Assembly: GCA_951406725.2 (NCBI GenBank)
Contig: OX597822.1
Coordinates: 57,970,001 to 58,034,000 of the forward strand
Direction: 5' to 3'
DNA: 64,000 bases
From: Octopus vulgaris
Lineage: Eukaryota
Shown here: positions 53,979 through 64,000 of the stretch, in pieces
How positions within the stretch are numbered: position 1 is the stretch's first letter
Layout of the letters: the number at the start of each line of letters is the position of its first letter
Notes under the pieces: generated by a model
The model's input: the letters and a program-made list of their open reading frames with translations, nothing else
Databases searched by the model: none
Told to the model about the DNA's origin: nothing
Translations under genes and position numbers: made by a program

Positions 53979-54472
53979 CTATCATTGTAGAAATTTGGCA
54001 AAGAAATGAATTTTCAGGATGTAGCCTGGAGGATTTTTTCGTATTAATCGTTTGGACTTTGTGAACACATACCAATTGTTTTCATAACATTTTTAACGCT
54101 TTGAATTAAATGTGACCATTTTGCGTTGAGTCTGCAGTTTGAATCACTTTAACCAAATTTTAGCAGGCCAGATTTTTGATCATCATGATACATCGCCAGC
54201 GACTCCCTGAAACTCTCCCCTGAAATCCCCGTTGAGAAATACTGATCTAAAAGAATAATTCAACAATGCAATTATTTGATCGATACAAATTTATGAAATG
54301 CTTCTACATACTTCCTATTGAGGAAATGGAACACATAAGCGCAAAAATAGAGGGCATTAAATGCTTGATTTTAAAACCAAAATAATTGAATTTTGATTGA
54401 ACTTCATCCAAGTTTAGCTTAATTCGCACATGCATAGAACGCACGAGCGCACAAGCTGGGCAATACTGCTAG
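53979..54472 (+). mobile_element. Deleted Helitron copy, same family as 33772-35003, opposite orientation
   Basis: 53985-54448 is the reverse complement of about 34221-34687; ends GGGCAATACTGCTAG|T. Confidence 0.85.
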
Positions 54473-54665
54473 TATATATATATATATATGTATATAAATA
54501 CATATCATCATCATCCTCATCAGCATTTAACATCCTTCTTCCATGCTAGCATGAGCTGGACAGTTCGACAGGAGCTGGCCAGGCAGAAGCCTACATCATA
54601 CTTCTGTCTGTTTTGGCATGGTTTTTACAGCTGCATGCCTTTCCTAACAACAACCACACCATAGA

Positions 54666-54704
<39 letters not shown>

Positions 54705-55357
54705 TGTGTCTGTAACAAATAGCTTCCTAGATTCTAAGCCAAGAAGTGAAACCAATTCAACATTTTTTTTTACCAGTTCCTTTCCTATTGTTCTTGGCCT
54801 TTGCACTTAGAAATTTATGAGAGTCAACTGTCACATTTAGTTTGGTTCTATTGTTTAAGTTAACATTCTTAGATTAAATAGGGTCCAGGTAGATAAGAGA
54901 CAGAAAATCCTTTGTCTAGCCTGACCTAATTTAGTTAGAAAAAAATATAAATACAGAACTCAGAATCAGTTCTATTTCTTTTGTCACTTGGCACCAAACA
55001 AAAGAGCATCTATTTTTCACTTATGGATTGTCATCACACAACAATACAACTTTCACCCTATCAACTTGTCAGCTCAGAGAGGTAGATATTTCTTACTTTT
55101 TCCACCAGTCTTCTAGCAGTCAACAAAATATAAATTAGACTACCTACAGGATGGATATCAGTACTGTGAATAATCAATGTACTATAATTTGAAGAAATGA
55201 TATTTTAGATTGTAATGATGAAAATAAGGGACCATTTCAACCAATTAATATTTTTCTTCCTCTCATTATCCTTTTATGTATATATATATATATATATATA
55301 CACACACATGTGTGTTTGTGTATGTATATATATACACACGTTTACATACATATACAG

Positions 55358-56880
55358 CATCATCATCATTTAACGTCTGTTGTCCCATGCTGGCATAGGT
55401 TGGACAGTTTGACCAGGGCTGGTAAACTGAGGAGCTGTACCAGATTCCAATCTGATTTGGCATGGTTTCTAAAGCTGGATGCCCTTTCTGATGCCAACCA
55501 CTCCAAGACTGTATTGGGTGCTTTTTTGTGCCACTGGCACAGGTGCTGGTTGCGTCACAACAATATCTGTCACAGCCATGATTTCACTTGGCTTGATGGG
55601 TCTTCTTCTCAAGCAGGGCATATTGCCTAAGCTTTCAATCATTTGTCATTTCTTCCATTAGGCCCAAGGCTCAAAAAGTGATTTTACATTCCACGAGCAG
55701 AGGTGCCAGGTATGCAACACTGGCATTGGCCACAACTACGATTTCACTTAGCTTGACAAGTGTTCTCAAGCATGGCAAATTGCCAAAGGTCTTGGTCACT
55801 AGTCATTGCCTCCATGAGGCCCAACGTTCGAAGGTCATGCTTCCCCATCTTGCCCTGTGTCTTCCTGGGTCTACCTCTTCCATAGGTTCTCTCCACAGTT
55901 AGAGATAGGCACTTCTTTACACAGCTGTCCTCATCCATATGCATCACATGACCATACCAGCGCAGCTGTCTCTCTTGCACACCATATCTGATGCCTCTTA
56001 TGCCCAGTTTTTCTCTCAAGATGCTTACACTCTGTTGTACATGCACACTGACTTTGCACATCCAGTGAAGCATGCTAGCTTCATTTCTTTCAAGCTTTGA
56101 AGCTTATGCATGTCCTTGGTGGCCACAGCCCATGTTTCACTGCCGTGTAGCACAGCTGTTTGTACACAGGTATCATGCAGTCTGCTTTTCACTCTGAGGT
56201 AGGAGCTCTCTAAACTTTGCCCAGCCTATTCTTATTCTTGCAGTTATGCCCTTAGAGCATCCACCTCTGCTATTGACTTGGTCATCTAGATAACAGAAAC
56301 TATCAACTACCTCTAGTTTACCCCACTGGCATTTGATGGAGTTTATTTTTCGGTACACTTTTAGTATTTATGGAACTTTTATACCTTCAACACACAAATC
56401 TATTTTCCCAATTAACCTTCCTCTGATATTGCTGCACCTCTTATCTGTCTATAGCTTACACTGGGTACAGCTTATGGAATTTCTGCCTACGCCCTTCCTA
56501 CAGATTGATCAGGGTCATCTGCCTGAAGAGATTTATGATTTGTCTTCCTTCCTACTTACTAACACTTTGGTTTTTGCTAGGTTAACTCTAAGGCCCTTCG
56601 ATTCTAGATCTTGTTTCCACACCTGAAACTTCTTCTGTAGTTCTGGTAGTGATTCAGCTATGACAACAATGCCATCAGCTCCCAGGAACAGCCCAACTTA
56701 AATTCCTCTGTTATTGTCTGGAGGACTATGATGAACAAGAGGAGGCTGAGGGCTGATACTTGGTGAACCCCTACTTGTACTCTGAATTCATCACTATACT
56801 TGTTGCCAACCCTCACCTTACTGACAGTATTGCTGTACATGGCTTGTATGGCTCTCACCAACCTCTTGTCTATCCCTATG
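55358..56880 (-). mobile_element. Degraded RTE LINE
   Basis: ORFs 56658-56861, 56173-56358 and 55744-56073 are RT and C-terminal pieces; (CAT)n tail near 55358. Confidence 0.92.
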
Positions 56881-57248
56881 GAACACTGAGGAATTCCTGA
56901 GGTAGATCAAGTGACAATTGTGTAAATATCATAGTTGATGTCAGGTACCCATAGGCAGTGAACATGCTTCACTGGCTAACTACTAGGTATATGTATAATA
57001 AGTACTAGGTACTTATTACACACACACACACACACACACACTTTTAATGCACAATATATGCATTTATCTATTCTGGTGATATTCACAAAAAATTTCCTTT
57101 AATGGACCAGGCTACAAACCATATAGTAAACTAATACTTAGGAGTATAATGTAGTGTCTTATGCAGTTGAAATCCTTTAGCTCCGATCAGTGATGATTAT
57201 TTCATGAGAAGTTTATAGAATACAAAGAAAGTTCGGAGATATGAGATA

Positions 57249-57743
57249 ATATCCATAGGTTGATGGCCATTTCTCAGCCAACATCATGCAAAAATAATTT
57301 ATTTTATTGTATAATAAATCATTGTACATATCTGCACTCGTGTGTATGTTATAAATTGCATAGCACTATTGTAAATTTTACAAATGAATGCAGATACAGA
57401 AGGCTAGCTCATCTGATCAATAGAATATCATAGTTTACATTATTAATTATATATTTCTAAACACTCTAAAGATTAGTTTAACTGATTAGTTTTCCTTCTG
57501 ATAAATTTTCTTTGCATTTTATGTACTTTATATAGATTGGTACTCTGAACTACCATACTAATTCTATTGTTCTTACTCAATATTCTTCTCTTTCATTCTA
57601 GTTTAACTTTCATTTTGTTTCTCTTTTTGTTCATACTACTCTCTATATCTCATAAACACAATATTTAAAAACTTCTCTCTAATTCCTTTATACTTTTACT
57701 TTCTTTTCTTTCTCTCCCTTATTAATGCCTCTAATTTATTAAT

Positions 57744-57826
<83 letters not shown>

Positions 57827-58186
57827 AGTATACATCAATTTCACATTCATCACCACTACCCATTGTTTCCTTTTTAATATCTTGCTAAATCTTCTTGCCT
57901 CCCCTTTATAGCAATTTTATTGTGAATTATTGTCTTCCATACATTAACATTTTGAAGGTAATTTGTTTTTGCATGTGTATACTGCAGTTGAAAAATTGAT
58001 GTAACCACAATATTCTATTGATCTGAAGAGCTAGCCTTCTGTATCTGCATTCATTTGTAAAATTTACAATAGTACTATGCAATTTATAGCATACACACTA
58101 GTGTAGATATGTAAAATGATTTATTATGCATTAAAATTATTTTTGCATGATATTGGCTGTGAAATGGCCATCATCCTATGGATATC
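57249..58186. mobile_element. Inverted-repeat element (arms of about 180 bp around (CT)n) with a hammerhead motif in each arm
   Basis: 57249-57428 mirrors 58010-58186. Plus arm reads GAT CTGAAGA GCTAGCC..GGCTGT GAAAT GGCC ATC ATC. Confidence 0.75.
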
Positions 58187-59469
58187 AATTGGTGAAATAA
58201 ATACATTCATCTCAAACCATCTGATTTTCTTTATATGCACACACACATACGTGTGTGTGTGCACACACATATACATACCTAAATATATTTATACACACAC
58301 ACAATTACTCCTGCACCACCATACATCTCTCACTATTGCCATCTCATCTTTCTCTTGACCTTTATCAGTATCACTATTCTCCATCTCGTCACTCCCATGC
58401 ATCATGGGACTCCCACCTCACCTAATCTACCATTTTTAATACTTGTTATTCATGCATTATATTCACACATATCCTTAGCCATTCCCATCTCTTTCTCTTT
58501 CCCTACCGTACACTCTTGCAACCTCTATCCGCCTTCATTCTCTCTTCACTCGCTTTTACTCACCTAATACTTTGAGGATTCACCCAGACACCTCACCCTT
58601 GCTATTATTATCTCAATGATACCCACTCTCCCTTCAAAAATGTGAATGACCATGTAGCTCCTGCAGAGCAAGAAACCTGTTCTACCCTGGCCTTTTCTCA
58701 CATACTTTAACCTTCATTTCCTAGCATAAAGTTGCCTCCCTTGGGAATCATAGACCTGCAAATTGTATGGTGACCTCACTAGTGCTGGTTTTATGAAAAA
58801 GTACCTAGTACATGCTGTAAAGTGATTGGCATTAGTAAGGGCATCCAGCTGTAAAAAACGATACCAAAGTAGAAAATGGAACACAATGCAGTCCAATCCA
58901 TGCTAGCATGATACATAGGAACTAAACAATGATGATGGTGGTGATGGTTATGATGATGATGATGATACACTCACACACACCTCCCTTCCTGGCTCCCATC
59001 TGCTCACCACCACTGTTTGTAGGTGCTTATCCATGAAATCTTTTGGGAATGAAGGAAATTTTAATTCATGAAGTTGCAAATACATGGACTCACTTCAGCT
59101 TGGCAGGTACTCACAAAAATCGTATTCCCAGATGATGAATACAGTCTCCAAACTACACACTCACTCTTCCCAATTCCACATGATCAATGTCGACACAATG
59201 CCAGAGTGGGGGTATGTAGATGAGTGCAAGAAGTAGGATGGAGGGGAACCTCAGTTAAACTGCTCATGAGCAGGTAACAGAGATGCAATTTTACTCGATG
59301 GGCAGCAGTGATGAGGTGGGTAGTGTATGTATAGTTTTGGCTGAGAAATGGGTTGATAATTGATTGAAGAAGTCAATGTGTATGATTGGATTGTTAAGAT
59401 AAGACTAGTCTGGATAATATCAGAGTGGCAATAATCTCTGCATATGCTCCACATGCAGTTTCAGTGAGT

Positions 59470-59700
59470 CCCTTTTGCAGTTTACCTCAATGATGGAAAA
59501 CAATGACCTTATTTTGGGGGCTGATAACTTCAGCAGACATGTCGGACAGTGTTCCAATGGATTTCATAGCAGTTATAGCTTTGGTGCTAGAAATGAGGAG
59601 GAAACAAGACTGCTAGAATTCTGTCATCCAATGATTGTTGAACAGCAACATAACCGCCAGGAAACCAACAAGTCACTTAATCACCTAACAGTCTGGTAGG
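59470..59700 (+). mobile_element. RTE AP-endonuclease fragment
   Basis: LILGADNFSRHVG..SFGARNEE..RLLEFC. Confidence 0.7.
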
Positions 59701-59899
59701 CACTTATTTTCCCATCTGCTCTTCCACACTTCCTCTTAACACTTCTCATATCTATTATCATTCACCGCACCCTCTCACATCCGCAACTACACCAACTTGT
59801 TATAGCTACCCTTATACAAATATATTACATTGTTTTGAAATTCCCAACTATGTTTTGGATAAGTAGTGTTGTATGAAATGTTAAGAACAGAATAGTAAA

Positions 59900-60430
59900 T
59901 TTAAGGCTTTCTAAATCACAGAGATATGATATACCATTATTAGAAATACATTTTTGAAGTCAATATTATTTTCTTTGGATCAATTTGTATTCCAGCATTT
60001 CAATATTGCATTACTCATCAAAGATCTTCTATTTCCTCGCCAACTAATGGAGAGGATATTTTCATTCAAACCTCTCATTGAATATTGTGAAGAGTCCTAT
60101 TGATTAATAACGATCTTATGAAACAATCACCTAATGTATTACAACATAATAGAAATATAATTTCATCCGTAGATGCTTTGAATTTGTTATTGATTTTGTT
60201 CTTGATATAAATATTTCCTTTGGCCTTTTCTTTCTTCCAGTATAGACCAGTTTCATCAGTATTAGATATTTTTTCTAATGATTAGGACACTTTCTTGATT
60301 GTTTCAGTTAATGGTGACAAATCCTCCAACAGTTTTTGCATAACTTGAACTACTTTTGCCAAGCAGTTCGATATTTTGAAGAAATATTATAATAAATTAG
60401 ATTCTTGGTTTTCACATTGTAACCTTTTAA
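59900..60430 (-). mobile_element. Ancient Tigger/pogo transposase remnant
   Basis: Minus strand near 60235-60270 translates to ISNTDETGLYWKK. Confidence 0.55.
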
Positions 60431-60438
60431 TAAGTTTA

Positions 60439-60471
<33 letters not shown>

Positions 60472-60677
60472 GTTTTATGTTCAGTTACAATAAAGACAAT
60501 TTTACATTAATGTGATGGGGTACTCTATACTTTTGTAGAGTACAAATTTATTATTCTTTCACAAGAATGTTGTTGACAGTGACTTTGAAGTTTTGGCCAG
60601 CTAAGTCATTGTCAGATTGCAAAATGACTTTGCTGGTCGAAACTTCAAAGTCACAATCAACAACATTCTTGAATAAG

Positions 60678-60711
<34 letters not shown>

Positions 60712-60712
<1 letters not shown>

Positions 60713-61812
60713 TATAGGAAAGAATGGAGTTGAACGAAGATTTAACAAGATTCCTTTATTTTATTTTCGACATATGTTTCGAAGTCTGCAAAATTCCTAA
60801 TTCCGAATGAATAAGGAGTCCATTATGCAGCTTTCTCATCAGGAAAATCCGGGAACTTCTTTCGGCAACAAAATGCACAAGTTTTTAGATGACTGCTCTC
60901 GAGGAGCCCATAGTGATAATGAAAAATAGTGTCTATTTATAGGGGGTGACGTCAGATTGGTTGAATGTAGGAGAAACTGGCAGTTACTAGAGTTCAAGGG
61001 TTCAATCGAGGTTGGAGGAGGAAGGTAAAAGAATATTAAGGTGAGGGAATGTATTCCGTTTGACTGGTGTTTATATTTGATTTATTTTATGAATGAGTGC
61101 TCGTATATGTGTGAGTGTGTATAATTGTCTTAATGTGTGTGTCTGTGAATGCGTGATTGTGTGTGTAGAAGGCTGACAGAAAATTAACAGTCAGGAGGTG
61201 AAAGGACTGTGTCTGTGTGTTCGAATGTGTCAACTTAAGAAGGAGTGGGCAGAGAAAGCCCACAATAGTAGTGACAAGAGACCAGGGGACAACTGGAATT
61301 GGTAGCAGCTCTTAGAAATTATGAGAAAATCTTATAAACTAAAGGGATGAGATATCACAAATTAATTTTGTAGGAAATCCAGGGGTTACCTATATTAGAC
61401 TTCATTGGTATGAGTGAAAGGTGTGCTTTTTCCAGTGTAAACATCTGAAAGATCTCTCGACAATCGAATTTATTACGTGGCCTCGGGCAAACAGAATATG
61501 AAAAAGTTCGGAATTACAGAGGGCACAGATTTTTCTGCCCTTATCAAACGGTAAGGACACAGCCAATATTGACCATTCCAGCGTAAAAGTTGAATTTGTG
61601 TTCTTCAAACGCCAGACTAATTTGCTTAGCCCTGTGGTGTGCTGTTTACTCTTATCTCTGAACGTGGAAAAATGGTTGGAGACCCTTGTGGCTAATTTAG
61701 AAGAGGTTGCGCCAAGGTATCGGTTATCTTTCGGTTATCTACCCAGGTATCGGTTATCTACCCAGGTAACGGTTATCTTTCGAATTATCCGTAATAAGAT
61801 AATTTGTTTATC
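60712..61812 (-). mobile_element. 5'-truncated Penelope-like element (endonuclease C-terminus and pseudo-LTR) inserted in (TA)n
   Basis: ORF 61402-61608 (FTLEWSILA..PF..GRKICALCNSELFHILF) resembles the PLE GIY-YIG C-terminus; hammerhead downstream; (TA)n on both sides. Confidence 0.82.
60763..60848 (-). ncRNA. Type I hammerhead ribozyme with an intact core
   Basis: Minus strand: ATTTTC CTGATGA GAAAGCTGCA..TGCAGACTTC GAAAC ATAT GTC GAAAAT. Stem I has 6 bp, stem II starts G-C, stem III is the palindrome CATATG, and the triplet is GUC. Confidence 0.88.
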
Positions 61813-61814
61813 TA

Positions 61815-61865
<51 letters not shown>

Positions 61866-62172
61866 ATACTGGAAGAAAGGAAAAGAAACGAAACGAAACG
61901 ACGCGAGGGCGCTCAGTCATACAATAATGTAATAAATAAAATATATGCATACATACATACATATATGTACGTACCTACATCTACATGTATATATACATGC
62001 ATATATAAATATATATATGTGAGTACAGGACACCACAAATAGACGTAGAACTCAACGAGAAACGAAAACATAAAAACAAGGGAACGGACTTTTTTTAACA
62101 ACAAAAAAACAGAACACAGGACAAACAACACATATATATATGTATATGTATATATATATGTATATGTATATA

Positions 62173-62244
<72 letters not shown>

Positions 62245-62267
62245 TATATATATACATACATATATAT

Positions 62268-62299
<32 letters not shown>

Positions 62300-62301
62300 T
62301 C

Positions 62302-62675
62302 ATTTATTTGTTTCAGTCATTTGACTGTAGCCATGCTGGAGCACCACTTTGAAGGATTTTAGTCAAACAAATTAAACCCAGGAGTTATTTTTTAAGCCTA
62401 ATATTTATTCTATCAATCTCTTTTGCTGAACTGCTAAGTTACAGGGACATAAACACACCAACACCAGTTGTCAAGTGGTGATGAGTGGACTAATATAGAC
62501 ACATAGACATAGATATATATACATATATGACAAGCTTCTTTCAGTTTCCATCTACTAAATCCACTCACAAGGCTTTGGTTGGCCCAAGGCTATAGTAGAA
62601 GATGCTTGCCCAAGGAGCCATGCAGTGGGACTGAACCCAGAACCTTGTAGTTGGGAAGCAAGTTTCTTGCCACTT
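62302..62675 (-). mobile_element. CORE-type SINE
   Basis: Reverse complement of the family at 53600-53968. Confidence 0.8.
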
Positions 62676-62684
62676 AGCCAAGCT

Positions 62685-62852
62685 TGTGCCAGGTGAAATA
62701 CTTAGCGGTATTTCGTCTGTCTTTACGTTGTGAGTTAAAATTCTGCTACGGTCGACTTTGCCTTTCATCCTTTCGGGGTCAATAAATTAAGTACCAGTTA
62801 CGTTCTGGGGTCGATCTAATCAAAATTTTTCAATGTGCCTAGAGTAGAAAAG
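62685..62852 (+). mobile_element. Meta-type SINE
   Basis: GTCGACTTTGCCTTTCATCCTTTCGGGGTCAATAAATTAAGTACCAG. Confidence 0.8.
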
Positions 62853-63904
62853 TATATATATATATATACATTAGAGTGGCCCTTATTTTTCAACCTTCTA
62901 AAAGTTTAGTTCCCACTTCTCTATCTTACTCCAATTAACAAAAAAAAAAAAAAAAAAAGAAATCTATGCAAAATTTTAGCTCAATTGAACAACTACAAAG
63001 CAACTCTCATCAACCATGAAATTTTGAAGTTTTTGCCCAGAAAGTCATTTTTACAGATAAAGATTTTTTTCTCATATAAATTTCTTTTAAGTTAAAAACT
63101 TGGTCAGACTTATTCTTGTTTATAGAAGGATAAGTGACAATAAATATAATGGGGAAGGCAACTTGCAAAGCTGGGGACAGAGCGCAGGTATAGGGCAAAC
63201 ACAGGTCAGCGGCCAACCATGAACAAGTGATGTTGTGAGTTGCGTTTGTCCATTGAAAGAATTGTACTGCACCTAATGGTAGTGTAGAGAAATAAAATAT
63301 TAAGAAATATACGTTAGTGATAAACGGCAAATGGATCTTTTCCTTTATAGTTATGCTGGAGGTAGACACAGGTGAAGAAGAGGAAGAAGAAAAAATCAAC
63401 TGAAGAGGTACATTCTGCACCAAAATGACTTTTCTTCCTTTACAAACAACAAGTTCTTTGTGTTGTAGTTGGCATTAGGAAGGACATTCAACCATAGAAA
63501 CCATGCCACAACAGAGAATTGGAGTCTGGACAGCACCCAACTAGCCAACTTCATGTTAAACTGTTCAACCCATTCCAGTATGGAAAGCCGATGTTAAATG
63601 ATGATGATGATGACATTTTGACATCTGGCTGTGTAGGAAATATGTTATTTTACAAAAGCTCTCTATAAGTATCAAAATCCTTCCTCATTGTGTGTAGATT
63701 AGGTATGATCTACATTGGCTTAAGTATTTTGACTTCAGAACTCTGAAAGTAGTTTTCTAGTTTTCCTAAATTCTTCAATTCACTCAACTTAAAAATTTAC
63801 TATGTTGAAACTATAGCTTTTAACTGGAATGGCTGATGTATTTATTTTTATATATTATCTTATTTCCAACACTGAGTTCAGTTTTAAATATTAATCTCAT
63901 CCTA

Positions 63905-64000
63905 AAGGTGACAAGCTGGCAGAATTGTTAGCACACTGGCAAAATGCTTAGCAGCATTTCATCTGTCTGTGTGTTCTAAGTTTGAATTCTGCTGGGGTTG
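63905..64000 (+). mobile_element. Meta-type SINE head, cut by the window end
   Basis: AAGGTGACAAGCTGGCAGAATTGTTAGCAC head, as at 24372. Confidence 0.7.

Noticed and set aside
63010-63423. 137-aa ORF
   Set aside because: No recognisable domain or convincing splice signals; probably repeat-derived.

Overview
AT-rich, microsatellite-dense animal genomic DNA. The repeat content (RTE LINEs with (TGA)n tails, tRNA-headed CORE- and Meta-type SINEs, Penelope fragments in (TA)n) suggests a coleoid cephalopod, probably Octopus; this is inference. One host gene is supportable: a minus-strand multi-C2H2 zinc-finger gene. It has a large terminal coding exon (7029-9820), a phase-compatible upstream coding exon (14714-14790) and a candidate non-coding first exon ending at 42375, inside a CpG-retaining promoter-like domain (about 40-50 kb). 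The rest is mostly transposon debris: RTE and CR1-like LINEs, a pogo/Passer DD35D element, a Sola2-like element, Helitrons, MITEs, SINEs and Penelope-like elements (PLEs). The most notable structure not shown by the ORF track is a set of type I hammerhead ribozyme motifs with palindromic stem III and long stem II. One is intact (60763-60848, inside a PLE pseudo-LTR), several are decayed, and some sit as mirror-image pairs in fold-back elements. Also notable are a 6x224 bp array of a Helitron 3' end fused to a SINE head, a perfect 98 bp-arm palindrome, inverted-repeat-flanked tRNA-like cassettes and a decayed local copy of the zinc-finger exon. All motifs were read by eye; boundaries of decayed repeats are approximate.
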